Shown in pieces: positions 11,614-23,637 of a DNA stretch of 64,000 nucleotides; the stretch's first letter is position 1, and every line of letters starts with the position of its first letter. The notes beneath the pieces are model-generated. The model did not search any database, had not been told where the DNA came from, and saw nothing but the letters and a program-made list of their open reading frames with translations. The stretch comes from Balanoglossus misakiensis (taxonomy: Eukaryota; Animalia; Hemichordata), in assembly GCA_040954595.2 (NCBI GenBank), contig CM082580.2, positions 1,416,783 to 1,480,782 on the forward strand, read 5' to 3'. A program made the position numbers and the translations under genes.

Positions 11614-13470
11614 TTAAGTCAAAGGCTGACATTTCTCACTGTGTGTGACCAGGGTATCATTTTAAACACAGACTGGACTTTGAGTATTGTGTCCAATGGA
11701 AAAAATACATCAGCATCTACGTCTGCAAAAATGGTGTCAGAACTGACATATCTTATCATGTATGCCATCGAACTCAAATGATAAAATCTTCCTTTCATGT
11801 GACCTGTCTGGTTAAAGTTTACTGCCAACATTTCACCATGCTTTACCCACCCAAGACACAGTGTGTCAAATCCAATATTTGGTTCAATGAATGAACCATG
11901 AAAGTTTCCGAATTGGTACTACCCGAAAACGTCACATCAAGCTAAATTTGGAATTTTGATGGGGTGGGGAGGTAAAGCTTATCTAACATATAGTCGTTTA
12001 GATTTAACACTATGCCTGTGAGTTACATGTTAATATTTTCTGCATGTCTGTCGCGTACAATGCGTCGGTGCGCAAAAATGATCACAGGTACTATTCAGAA
12101 GAATTCCGCTGATTCATGATGACTATGTGCATGGAAAAACCCTGATTATGATCTAACTGATAAACAATAGCATGATATTAATAAAATATACACATTAACC
12201 AATGAATGAACCATCATGAAGATTGTGCCCTAACACTTATTTAAGCTTTTATCACTATTATACCTTTGTCATTACTAAAGATATGAACAGCCCTGTACAC
12301 CAAAGCTATCACCACATTTGTTAACCTTTATTACACCATTCATATGAAACCATTCACCATCATCAACCTCTATTATATTCATTGTTTTGCCCATTATAAT
12401 CTGTGTACCCTCAATTTTACCACAAACCATCACCACATCAGTTAACTGTTTATTAAACACTTCCACATGTGTTGCCCATTATTATACCATTGAAATTTGT
12501 AAATCGATCATTATACCTATCATACAAGCAATTGCTGATTGCTGTTAACCCTTGTGTACCACAAGCCATTATCATGAAATAGGCAACATGAATTTCACAT
12601 AACACAGTTTGTCAGCTCTGAAAATGAAGTTATCATGATCATTATCTATGCTAATTAAAAGTGTACGTGGGAAATTGACCTTAGCAGGCGCTGCCTTATT
12701 AAGCTCAAAGTCAGAGTATAAATAAATGTACAGGCGTATAAATTAGACAACATCAATATAACGCAGATAACACAGTTTGTCAACTCTGAGAATATTGTTC
12801 TCAGGACCATTTCCCATGCTTAATTAAAGTGTTGTGTATGTGGTACAGTTTGGATTCCTTGTCAGATTTCCTATAACACAGGTCGTGAGCCCCGAAAAGT
12901 ACCATAACACAATTCTCATGAACATTTTCCATGATCAATAAAAGTGTTGTGTGTAGCATAGTCATTTTTCCGTTTGCTGTGACATTTGTCTCCCTGTGAG
13001 AGTTTAAGTAAATGTGGAAACACGCAAATTAGGCAACACCAATATCCCGTACATAATTCAGTGTGTTTTGTTCGCATTTTTGGTTGCCATTTTGAAAATG
13101 AACAAAGGACTTTCCATTGACCAACACCCGTATGAATACGTCCAAATTACCCAACTTTAATATTCCTTAAATAATTGGTCAGCTCTGCAAATATTTTTCA
13201 CCTGACCACTTCCTTAGCTAGGTAAGAGTGTTGTTTATGTAATAATATTAATATAATATTTATAACTTATGTAGCACATTAAATCTCAACATGCTTTAAA
13301 GTTGTTCCATGGTCATTTGACCTAGGTCGTTGGACCTAAACATTCCATTCAACTCCCTGGGGAGTACAGCTCACCATCATTAGCAATGTCAAATTACAGT
13401 GCTTTTGGCCACATATCAACCTGGGGATTTACAGACAACTTAAAATCCCCCTCAGCATGCATTTAATCCC
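11614..13470 (+). repeat. ~1.8-kb duplicated segment, copy 1
   Basis: Highly similar to 25714-27410, both starting TTAAGTCAAAGGCTGA. A diverged partial copy lies at ~50556-51260. Confidence 0.9.
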
Positions 13471-14012
13471 CATGTCAAAGTGCAGAGCTTGCATCACCAT
13501 CTACCCCTTACAGTACTTATGGCCATGTATTAACCTAGGGATTTACAGTCAACATTAAATACCCATGCATATATTAACCTGGGAATTTACATTCAACATT
13601 AAATACCCATGCATATATTAACCTGGGAATTTACATTCAACATTAAATACCTATGCACATGCATTAAATACGTATGCCAAAGCGCAGAGCTTGGATCACC
13701 ATCTACACTGATGCATCATTAGGCTTGCTACGCCATTTCCCCTAATGCAAAGAATCACATTCAATGTCACCATTGTATTAGCTATGTCAAATTTCAGTGC
13801 TTTTGGACTTGTATTAACCCAGGGATTTTCAGTCAACTTTTAATCCCCACATGCATTTAATACCCATGTCAAAGTGAAGTGTTTGCATCACTATCTACCG
13901 GGATGCATCATGAAGCTTGCATCGCCATTTACCCTGATGCAAAGAATCAGATTCAGTGTCACCATTTCATTAGCAATGTAAAATAAAATTGCTTTTTGCC
14001 AAGTATTAACCA
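13375..14012 (+). repeat. Short array of the ~193-bp satellite
   Basis: Same monomer (GCATTAGCAATGTCAAATTACAGTGCTTTTGGCC...GATGCATCATCAAGC) as 30-50 kb, with a local 43-bp internal duplication. Confidence 0.9.
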
Positions 14013-14410
14013 GGGGTACCAATTCTCTGCCCTAGCAAGGGCCAGGGGTACTTATTCTCTGCCCTAGTAAAGTTTACAATCCCATAAATCACTATTGCAA
14101 TAACATGAACTATGACATGTTCAATGCACAGCAAAACAGCAGCAACCAATCCAATTGAATGTTAAAACATGTCTCAATATTTATTATCAAATATTAATTT
14201 TTAAGATTACCCTAAGAAGTCTCTATAGTATCACACATTTTAACATCTAGGCTAGCTGATGATAAGTAATACTTACCAGAAACTTGTCCATATCTGATGC
14301 TTTTTGACAACAATACCAAAAGTGGTTCACAATGTGGGTCACCCATTTCAGCAGTGGTTTGCACTCTTTGTTTTGTGCAGCCTTAAAAAAACACAGAATA
14401 CACTCATGAT

Positions 14411-14564
14411 TGTGATGTCCGGGGAGGGGTTATTGACAGTCGACAACGACGGAGTTCCACAGAAGTGATGTTTATTGAATGACAAACACGCGGGAACTAA
14501 CAGTTACAGGAAATCACGTATACAGACCATGTGACAATCACGTGATCATGACAATACTATCACA
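14411..14564 (-). repeat. 3' LTR, 154 bp
   Basis: TGTGATGTCC...CTATCACA. One mismatch versus the 5' LTR seen by eye. The minus-strand purine tract GAGGAGA is adjacent at 14565-14571. Confidence 0.97.
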
Positions 14565-15037
14565 TCTCCTCAACTTTAGAAGAAAACTTGTACTTTAAGT
14601 TTACAACTCGCTTTGGAAAGTATGAAATTTGCCAACACTGTCAAATTGTAATGCTTTGTGAATGATCATGTTCTAACAAACGAAAACAAACAGAACCTTA
14701 ACCTTAACAAGAACTTGAGAACTTCATAACTAGGAAAATACAAATCTCCAAGAGAAAATTTGCTCTACAGAAACTCATTCCATAATGTTTGTGGACAGTC
14801 TTATGTCAATATAATCTATCCTTCTGGCATGCAATAGTCTTTGTGCCAAGGAGGTTTAGATTTTATTCTTGTTGAGCGTCTCACATCAGTACTATTGGGG
14901 TTTACATTTGTCTTAGGTGATATTGTCACTGGCATTGTTGGAGGAACATTTACAATCTTTTCCAACGATGCTGTACCAGTAGGTGAAACAGGACTAGGAC
15001 ATGCTGGTCCAGTTGATTTCTGACTAGAACAGACGGG

Positions 15038-17620
15038 TTATACTGGCAAGTTATCCAGGTTGTTATGTGTAGACAAATCATGGATATGGGGGTTACAGGA
15101 TGGAACACCATTTTGAACCCTTTGAGGTTGTTCATATGTCAAATGTTTGGAGTTCCATTCAGTGCCCTGGAAGGAAAATTCTGGATATTCCTCAACATAT
15201 TTCTTTACATGTCCAGTGGACCTTCTTTTTACACCTTTGGAGTTTTCCAATACTAACGCACCTCCATCTTTCTGGATGACTTTGTATGGTTCTGTCTCGA
15301 AATTGGGAGTGAGTTTGTTTTGCCTAAATGCTTGCTGGAGCAAAACAGTATCACCTTCCCTGATATCTGAGGAAGTGGCATGTCTCCTGTTGTCGGCATA
15401 GAACTTTTGTTTCATTTTCATTCTGTTGTTTCTTTCTCTCATTTTGATTTGCCAATCAGACTCATTGATTGTTTGGGATGGAATTCTCAGTCTAGGAATT
15501 TTGTCCCTAAACTCTCTTCCCATCAGAGCCATAGCAGGAGATATGCCTGTCACAGTATGGGGTGTATTTCTATATTCAAATAGAAAATGTGTCAAATCTT
15601 TGTACCAACTTTTCTTTTGCAATTTAGCAATTCGTACAGACTTCAAAATTATTTCATTCAGCCTCTCAACACTTCCATTGCTCTGAGGCCAGTATGGAAT
15701 GGAATATTCATGATCAATACCTAAGTAATCAAGGAAACCTTCAAACTCGGCTGAGGTAAAAGGTGGACCATTGTCTGATTTGACACAGTAAGGCAACCCA
15801 TGTGTAAGAAACATAGCTTCCATGGCTTTTATGACATGGGCAGCATCTGTTTTCTTTAACAAAACTACTTCAGGCCATCTAGAGTATAAATCAGTTACCA
15901 CTAGTAATTTCTCACCATCACATACATCCAAAAGATCAACTGCTAAATCGAACCATGGTCCTTCAGGTAACTGTGTGGGTAATAATGGCTCTGGGTTTGG
16001 CCTGGCACTGACCAATTGACATGGATGACAGGATCGTATCAGTTTTTCTACATCCCTGTCCATTCCTGGCCACCAAACTCTGTCACGTAAACGAGCCTTT
16101 GTCCTCACAATTCCCTGATGACCCTGGTGTGCAATTTTCAAGATTTTTCTTTGCAAAACTTGAGGAACAACCAATCTGTTACCACGCATGATCAATCTGC
16201 CATACAACCATAATTCGTCTTTCACATGCCAATAGGGTGAAGACTTCAATTTTGACCAATTTGCAGAGGTAATACACTTTTCAACCAATTGCAAGCTCTG
16301 GTCTTTTGCAGATTCTCTCTCAATATCACGTGGGGTGATAGCAGATGGCATAGCCTCTAAAACAACACTACATGCAAAATCTTCAGTCTCTCTACAATAG
16401 TTGTCAGATGGTTCGTCCACGGGCAATCTACTCAACATGTCCGCATAATTATTCTTTCCCTTGATATGGGTGATATGATAATCAAATTGTTGCATATATA
16501 ACAGCCATCTCTCAATTCTAGCTGAAGGGGGCCTGGAGTTAGGGCTGAATACTTTCAATAAAGGCTTATGGTCAGTTCTGACCTCAAAATGACTGCCTAG
16601 CAGAAACTGCTGAAGTTTCTCACATGCCCATTTAACTCCAAGCGCCTCTCGCTCAAACTGAGAGTACCTCGACTCAACATGTGTAAGCTTTCTGCTAACA
16701 TAGTACACTGGTTGATATGAACCATTACTTTGCATTTGTTCAAGGATTGCTCCAACACCAACGGGCGATGCATCAGAAGTGACTCGAGTTTTAGCACCCT
16801 GCTTGAAATAAGCCATGAATGGACTTGTGGTCAATTTATGTTTGATGAGATTGAATACTTTCTCATGCTTGGGAAGCCATTTCCACTTTGCATCTTTGCG
16901 AGTCAAATCCCACAGTGGGCTTGTCACTGTTGCAAATTTATCGACATATTTTGAGCAAAATTGAGCCAGCCCAAAGAAACTTCTCAATTCTGATTTGTCA
17001 GTTGGCGTTCGAGCTTTTACAATAGCTTTGACCTTCTCATCAGTGAGTTTCATACCCTGGGCCGTCATCAAGTGACCCATGAATATCATACTGTCTCCTA
17101 GCTTACATTTTGTAAAGTTCAGCGTTAAACCATGCTCACTAAAACGCTTGATCACTTTCCCAACTCTGGCATGCAGCTGCTCATAATTTTCAGCTACTAC
17201 TCTAATATCATCATGCATGTTGTGGGCACCCTCACAGCCCTTCAAAACCTGGCTAATTAGATTTTGAAACTTTTCAGTCGCCATGTTCACACCAAAAACT
17301 AAACGCTTGTAGCGATACAAAGAGTTGGGCCCTGAAAAGGTTGTAATATCCCTGCTCTTTTCATCGAGCTCAATTTGATGGAAAGCCATATTCATATCAA
17401 GCTTGCAAAATACCTTGGCCCCTGAAATTTCCTCTAGCGTTTCATCCATGGTGGGAACAGGGTGTCTTTCCCTAACAATGGCTTGATTTGCTTTTCTCAT
17501 GTCCAGACATAGTCTGATATCCCCATCAGGCTTTTGTACTGTTACAAGGGGGTTGACCCAAGAGGTCGGACCCGAAACCTTCTCTATTACTCCCAGCTTT
17601 TGAAGCTCGTTGAGTTTTTT
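15038..17620 (-). CDS. pol: Pol: reverse transcriptase, RNase H, integrase
   Basis: RT motifs RLCLDMR, KLDMNMAFHQ, YRYKRLVFG, MHDD. RNase H motifs SDAS, YSQFERE, TDHKPL, NNYADMLSR. Integrase HHCC (HQGH..CHPC) with DLL, SDNG and NGSVER. Confidence 0.95.
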   Translation of the reverse strand, partial: KKLNELQKLGVIEKVSGPTSWVNPLVTVQKPDGDIRLCLDMRKANQAIVRERHPVPTMDETLEEISGAKVFCKLDMNMAFHQIELDEKSRDITTFSGPNSLYRYKRLVFGVNMATEKFQNLISQVLKGCEGAHNMHDDIRVVAENYEQLHARVGKVIKRFSEHGLTLNFTKCKLGDSMIFMGHLMTAQGMKLTDEKVKAIVKARTPTDKSELRSFFGLAQFCSKYVDKFATVTSPLWDLTRKDAKWKWLPKHEKVFNLIKHKLTTSPFMAYFKQGAKTRVTSDASPVGVGAILEQMQSNGSYQPVYYVSRKLTHVESRYSQFEREALGVKWACEKLQQFLLGSHFEVRTDHKPLLKVFSPNSRPPSARIERWLLYMQQFDYHITHIKGKNNYADMLSRLPVDEPSDNYCRETEDFACSVVLEAMPSAITPRDIERESAKDQSLQLVEKCITSANWSKLKSSPYWHVKDELWLYGRLIMRGNRLVVPQVLQRKILKIAHQGHQGIVRTKARLRDRVWWPGMDRDVEKLIRSCHPCQLVSARPNPEPLLPTQLPEGPWFDLAVDLLDVCDGEKLLVVTDLYSRWPEVVLLKKTDAAHVIKAMEAMFLTHGLPYCVKSDNGPPFTSAEFEGFLDYLGIDHEYSIPYWPQSNGSVERLNEIILKSVRIAKLQKKSWYKDLTHFLFEYRNTPHTVTGISPAMALMGREFRDKIPRLRIPSQTINESDWQIKMRERNNRMKMKQKFYADNRRHATSSDIREGDTVLLQQAFRQNKLTPNFETEPYKVIQKDGGALVLENSKGVKRRSTGHVKKYVEEYPEFSFQGTEWNSKHLTYEQPQRVQNGVPSCNPHIHDLSTHNNLDNLPV

Positions 17621-19157
17621 CAACAACTTTAGCACGGCGGTTGAAAGGAATTCGCCGGTACTGGGCTATGGGTTTGACACTCTCATCAATATGCAAATGG
17701 AGCTTGTAGCCCTTTAACTTACCCAACCCATTAAATACCTCAGAATATTTCCTCCGCAATTCTGCAAGAATTGGCGAAGAATTATCAGCAGATATTGAAT
17801 TTATCGTGTACAGATTCACATTTCCAACTCTCAACATATCTAAATTCTCAGAAGTACTCCGACTCAACAAAATCGGTTGATCAGCCTTGATCACTATAAA
17901 ATCAGCAATACATTTCTTTTTAGTAGGCGCTTCAACATGTAAGGCACATTTACCCAATATATCTAAAGGTTTACTAGAACCATAGGTAAACACTTTATTG
18001 TTACAATTTCGAACTTTCACACCACGCTTTTCAGCAAGTCTGCGAAATTGTCTTTCACCAATGAGATTACATGTAGCACCACTGTCGATGATAACCGGCA
18101 CGTGTTGATTCTCGATCTGAATACCTGTATCAGTGAGGTCCTTCCCACTGGAAGCACGGAAAGCAGCATTGAAAGCATAGTACGCTTTCTCCTCGTCAGT
18201 CTCGACGTCTGCATGGCCACCATCGGCGTTTGCATCAGTAGTCGTCTGAGCTACCTTGTGTGTACCGCGACCATCACCACGCGTACGGCCACGTCCACGT
18301 GCGCTGCGGTTACCACCACTGCCTCGACTGTTGCCATTTTCACTGTCTTTAGACGGACAGTCTTCCCACTTAGCACGACAGTCTGCAGCTCTGTGTCCCG
18401 GTTTTTGACATCGGAAACACCGGTCGGACTTTTGTTCGGCATTGCGAGAACTACCACTTGTACTGGCGCGACATTCACGTTGCATGTGACCTTTCCTTCC
18501 ACAACGGAAACAGGCTAAGTCCGCCATTTTGTTTTTGGCGCGCGTACGTTTACCGCCAATATTGACTGCATTTGCACTCACAGCTTGAGTACCAGACACC
18601 AAAACTAGTGCATCTTTGTCGTGATACGACCGTATGATTTGTAGTAGTTTGGTAGTGTCCAAATTCTTTTCACGATACAGCTTGCTTTTTAGCACCTTGT
18701 CGCTGATGTAGAGCAAGACACGATCTCTTATCTGGTTGTCTTTTTCCGTCTCGGGAAAATCACAGTCTTTCAGTAGGTTCTTGAGACGTATTACGTAGCT
18801 GTCGACCGTCTCCCCGGACGTGGGAGTTGCGCTGTAAAACTTCTGTCTCGCCATAGGAACGTTTTTCTGCAGTTGAAAGTGTTTATCCAAACATGCTATC
18901 AACGTTGCGCAGTTTGTGACGTCACCAGTTTCATCTTCAGATTTAGTGCTAACAATGTCTCTGATGCCCGCTCCAGCCATGTGCAAAAGTAAGGCACGCT
19001 TCTGCGCATTATTTGAAGCACCAGAAGCTGCTACGAACAGTTCAAATTCCTGAAGCCAACGCTCCCACCTTTGCTGAAGAGCCTCCGGTTCGCCTTCACA
19101 GTCGAATCCCGCCACTCCTGGCAGTCCGGACAGCGTTACGGGTGTAGACATTTTCAT
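17526..19157 (-). CDS. gag: Gag with two CCHC knuckles plus aspartic protease
   Basis: CFRCGRKGHMQREC, CFRCQKPGHRAADC and IIDSGA. The frame runs into the RT N-terminus, where a +1 offset in an A6 run (17615-17620) separates it from pol. Confidence 0.93.
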   Translation of the reverse strand: MKMSTPVTLSGLPGVAGFDCEGEPEALQQRWERWLQEFELFVAASGASNNAQKRALLLHMAGAGIRDIVSTKSEDETGDVTNCATLIACLDKHFQLQKNVPMARQKFYSATPTSGETVDSYVIRLKNLLKDCDFPETEKDNQIRDRVLLYISDKVLKSKLYREKNLDTTKLLQIIRSYHDKDALVLVSGTQAVSANAVNIGGKRTRAKNKMADLACFRCGRKGHMQRECRASTSGSSRNAEQKSDRCFRCQKPGHRAADCRAKWEDCPSKDSENGNSRGSGGNRSARGRGRTRGDGRGTHKVAQTTTDANADGGHADVETDEEKAYYAFNAAFRASSGKDLTDTGIQIENQHVPVIIDSGATCNLIGERQFRRLAEKRGVKVRNCNNKVFTYGSSKPLDILGKCALHVEAPTKKKCIADFIVIKADQPILLSRSTSENLDMLRVGNVNLYTINSISADNSSPILAELRRKYSEVFNGLGKLKGYKLHLHIDESVKPIAQYRRIPFNRRAKVVEKTQRASKAGSNREGFGSDLLGQPPCNSTKA

Positions 19158-19239
19158 GCACTCAAATCACGGCTAAAAAGTCACCAAATCTCGTAAAGGT
19201 TGCTTGCGTATGTTCTTCGATAGTTAATTTAGACAACTA

Positions 19240-19253
19240 AATCCTCGTCGCCA
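19240..19253 (-). promoter_or_regulatory. Primer-binding site, tRNA-Ser(GCT)-type
   Basis: Minus strand TGGCGACGAGGAT, 4 nt after the 5' LTR. Confidence 0.8.
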
Positions 19254-19257
19254 TTTA

Positions 19258-19411
19258 TGTGATGTCCGGGGAGGGGTTATTGACAGTCGACAACGACGGA
19301 GTTCCACAGAAGTGATGTTTATTGAATGACAACCACGCGGGAACTAACAGTTACAGGAAATCACGTATACAGACCATGTGACAATCACGTGATCATGACA
19401 ATACTATCACA
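19258..19411 (-). repeat. 5' LTR, 154 bp
   Basis: Direct repeat of 14411-14564. Confidence 0.97.
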
Positions 19412-19897
19412 ATGATCTGATATAAACTGATGGTTCATAACTATTCACCATAGACCTGAACTTGTTTGTGACATTTACTGATGCAAATAACAACTGCACA
19501 ATTTGAATATTGCCATAACTATTTTCAAAGGTAGTTTGACACCCACCCCACCCAAAATGATAGAAGGATCAGTTAGTAACATTCTATACCCTTACATTTT
19601 TATGTGTCAGTGTCACACATATTTAGAAGATAAATGAAAACTGAATACAAGAATAAAAGTTTGTCTAACCTTTATGATCTTCTTTGACAAGTTCTTGGCA
19701 GCATGCCAAATGTCATGAGAATGTTTTATGTCTGGGTGATCGTCTCCTATAAGAGTGGGTAAATGTGATTACAAATGGAGCTTCAAAATGACAGTGTTAT
19801 GATTGCCAAATACATTATCTCAGAAAAACAAAATCAACATTGACCTGTATAACAGCTTTGCTTTTGGCATTTCAAAGCAACATATAACCCAAGTTAA

Positions 19898-20692
19898 GAT
19901 GGGTCCCTAGGATCTTTTTGCTCGTTGCTATGGGCCTTTATAGGACACTACGCTCAATTTTGATCGAAACCGTTATGAACGTCCGACAAGGGGCTTGTAA
20001 CTAGTTAAAAATACGCACGATTGTGTGCACACCCCCTGTCCGAGTATGGTTACGGCAGCTACCGCCCGGCCATAGGCCGCCACGCTAATATGGCAAAGCA
20101 GCAGTCACCGATAGCGTGCGCGTCCTGTAACCACAGTAACTAGATCGAACGCTAAATATCCAATGTTTTGTACACAGAGATTTTGTACCGTTCACGAAAA
20201 TCCCTAAGGCTTTTTTCATAGGCGACGTAGGCCAGCCAAATTTGACCTGCTTGTTGAGAACGCACTTCCGCATAGTGTGACGGATCGTTTTTTCGGTTTT
20301 CGTCGTGCTAAGAAGCGATACCGGTGGAAGAGTGCGTCCAAAAACACCCAAAATCGATGACTTTTTCAGGTGTGGTACGGGTATGCTGAAATCGTAGGAT
20401 ACAACGATAATATTCGAAAACAAAATCCGTCACGATCTTCCCTGGTTCAAGCAACTAATGAATACGTATCAAGTTCGTTTTTGAGGTCACGGAATAAAAA
20501 GCCTTAGGCTTTTGAAATTTGACCTAGCTAATTTGCATATCAATGGCGTCAGGGGGCGCGCGCTCACAATCGTGCAGATTTTCAACTAGTTACCAGCCCC
20601 TTGTTAGACTCTGAAAACGGCTTAGTCCAAATCGGGGTGTAATGTCCTATAAAGGCCCATAGCAACGGGCAAAAAGATCCTAGGGACCCATC
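19898..20692. mobile_element. 795-bp non-autonomous TIR element with TTAA TSD (Kolobok-like)
   Basis: TTAA|GATGGGTCCCTAGGATCTTTTTGC...GCAAAAAGATCCTAGGGACCCATC|TTAA. Imperfect TIR extends ~130 bp around a CpG-rich interior. It sits in a transposase intron. Confidence 0.9.
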
Positions 20693-22011
20693 TTAAAATC
20701 ATAAAATTACACTTACTCATCAGAGCTGTAATCTGCATGTGGGCATCTGTTACGACTTCTTTGACATTTACACCTTTCTCCTGAAGCTGGTTTAGACTTT
20801 TAACAAGGCAGGCCTTTTCCATGTTTGTTGACTTCTTCTCTGTTTCTCTTTTGTCCATGGTTATTATCGACAGAATTTTCTTGGTGGTTTCCTCCATCAC
20901 AGTATAGGTGCAATATTGCGCACAAAAACCCGGGGAATCCATTCGCCCATCACCTGAGACATAATCAAGTAAATATGTCAGTCAAATTATACATAAGTAT
21001 GCATAAGTGAGAACATTTCCAATTCAATGATTTTACAATGAGTATGAAATGATGCAAATGAGGAAGTAAATGCCACCAAATAATAACTATTGTATTCTTT
21101 TCTAAATCAGCAGAATAGAGTGTGTAAGTATAAACTTTTAGACATAAATTACAAGTGCATTGGCCGACATGTGATGGATAATCAGTGGGGTGAGCCAATC
21201 AGATTAGGTGCGTGTCATTAACAATGAAGCTAAAAACTTACCCAGTAAAACAAGTTCTTGGCCATCAAATGAATCAATGATGTCTTGTTGTTGTCGTATC
21301 CAAAATTCATCAAGACATGGTATTAGATAAGCTTTCTGAATTCTATTGTAAGTATTCTGGGAGCAAATTCTGAGTGACAGAATGCTTGCCAAAAAATTAA
21401 TTTTGGCATAATTATTACCAGACAATAGAATGGCAGCTGCTGTGAAGAGATCACCACTATGAAGTCTCCTGTTCAAAATTGGTTGTGAACACCATTCGTA
21501 CTCAAGGTGACCAGCTGAGCATTCCTGAAAAAAAAAAGTTTAAAGATTCATGCTTATTTGATCATTTCATGTTGATTTCTCCAAGACACGATAAAACAGA
21601 TGTTAATACCGATAACTTTGTAATTTCAGTTGACTATTGTTTTTTATTATAAACCTAAAGGAACAATGTGCACCCACATAGGATTATAACTAGAGTTTCC
21701 TGTTCATCTAAATAATACTGGCATAGTGATTGTCCATACAATGCACACTACAGTTGGTATAGTTTAACAATAATTGTCAAGAATATACCATATTTAGTTC
21801 ACACTCACCCACTTTAGATATAAAGCTGAGCCAACAAACTTTGAAGTAGAGGATATCAATCCACTGCAAGACTTCAATGCACAGACTTGCCTAATAGATT
21901 TTTTGCCAAGGGCCAGAAGCTGGTTAAAAAAAACAGACATGTTGTAGAGTCACCAAGGAGGCTTTCCCCATCTTCTTCTGTGACAACTCTCTGCAGACCC
22001 GGTGATGGTGT

Positions 22012-22012
<1 letters not shown>

Positions 22013-22048
<36 letters not shown>
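22013..22048. repeat. (CAT)n microsatellite encoding poly-Asp in the transposase exon
   Basis: About 12 TCA/CAT units; the minus strand reads GGDDDDDDDDDDDET. Confidence 0.9.
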
Positions 22049-23218
22049 CCACCGTCACTTTCAATATCGTCGTCACCAATGGCAGGAACCACCTGCACGC
22101 CATTAGTTCTGAGAAATGGACAAAAAATCCTAACAATGCTCATGACTTGTCCATCAGAGTTTGTCAGTCAGCTGTTAGTACAAATGTTGTAAGTTGATGT
22201 TTCATTCATAAAAGAAAATTTATCATATATATGAATTTTAGCGTCCAACACTTAGGCTTTTTTTAACCATGAGGATATTTTGCTTTCCATTTGTTGTGTA
22301 CCCATCCAATAAGGAACTTTGATGATAGTGATAAATGCGCACTTACATTATAGAAATATCAAAGCTGGGCTCATAGTCATAATCATCATCGTCACATAGG
22401 TTCATGTCTTCCTCTTTGTCTTCCTCAGAAATATCAATGCTCAACCTGGTAGTAATAAAACCAAGGAATTAATCTGAATAGTGGGACAATGCTGCTCACT
22501 AAAAATACATATAGTCACTCATAAGCACAAAAAAGAAAGAAAACATTTCCCATGAATTTAAGTACAAGCAAATGTTCTGACACACGTGATGCATGTCATG
22601 AAACTGATTTTCCCAACAAATTTAAATTTAGTGTAACAGGAGAAAAGAAGCAATCGAAAAGGCTTGCTCAAGCAAGGGAAACATGCATGCCGTATATGAC
22701 AATAGAATAAGGAAAACTTACTCAAATGGATTGATGAAAGACTCAGACAAATTTCTTGGAAATCTTACACGGCCGCTGGAGAAAAAAATGACAAAATAGG
22801 CACACATGAGACGGCAATATGTACTGAACTAATTTACAGCTGTGAACTAAATATAACACACATGAAAATTGAACTCTGAAACAAAGTGACAGGGGCACAC
22901 AGGGACAGCAGCATCACTGCTTATTTTTACAGGTTCCTCTCTATCTTGGTTTCACACAAGTAAATTTAGGGTGCTTGGTAAACATTTGCCATTTTGCTTT
23001 CTAAGAAATATTTTCATGTTGATAGCTACACAGAATAACTTATTCACACAAGCATAAGCAAGGGAGTTAGAAATTAGTACATTTACATGTATGTAAAGCA
23101 GTCGCTCCTGCTTTTGTCCTAAAGCAGGAGATTAATGTTTATCACAAAAGGTACAAAAGAGGGGGGAAAGCCACATTTCACTATAAAAGTTTACCTAACT
23201 ACAGTTTATCTTCAGATT

Positions 23219-23637
23219 AATAGAATCTCACACTCCCAAGGACCTGGGATCACATTTCTCACAAGAGTTGGGGATTTTCTGTCCCACACGAGCCGCAGGC
23301 TCGTGTGGGACAGAATATCCCCGACGAGTGTGAGAAATATGATCCCAGGTCCTTGGTGTGTGAGATTCTTTTTCTCACACGGTCACAAATTAGCCAAGTT
23401 CGTTAAAAACATTGAATAAATGACTCTGGAATTGTTGTCTGGGGGCACGTTGTAGTCTCTGTGCCTGTAATACACATCGCGCCATTGGATAACATTTAGT
23501 GCGCGTAGCGACAGAACACTTTGTTAACCAATCAGCACTCACGTCATATACAGCTTTCTATTCAGTGAGATTGTGAGAACAATTTGTTCCCACACTCTGT
23601 TCTCACACTCCCAGCGTACGGGGAGTGTAAGAAAAGA
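23219..23637. mobile_element. Hairpin-terminated non-autonomous element (possibly Crypton-like)
   Basis: ~148-bp palindrome at 23222-23369 with a CC-GCA-GG apex, followed by TTTTCTCACAC, whose inverted partner GTGTAAGAAAA closes the element. Confidence 0.55.

Larger units (their letters stand above)
14411..19411 (-). mobile_element. Full-length young Gypsy LTR retrotransposon (Mag-like clade)
   Basis: 154-bp TG..CA LTRs, 5-bp TSD ATGAT (14406-14410 and 19412-19416), PBS, short purine tract, and gag-PR-RT-RH-IN domain order. Confidence 0.97.

Noticed and set aside
17526-17635. Programmed gag-pol ribosomal frameshift
   Set aside because: The shift lies after the protease within the conserved RT start. 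A 1-bp insertion explains it more simply, though this is unverified.
20085-20423. 112-aa ORF inside the TTAA element
   Set aside because: Non-ATG start and no transposase motifs; likely a chance ORF in GC-richer DNA.
21887-22192. Poly-Ser and poly-Met ORFs
   Set aside because: They are alternative frames of the (CAT)n tract inside a minus-strand transposase exon.
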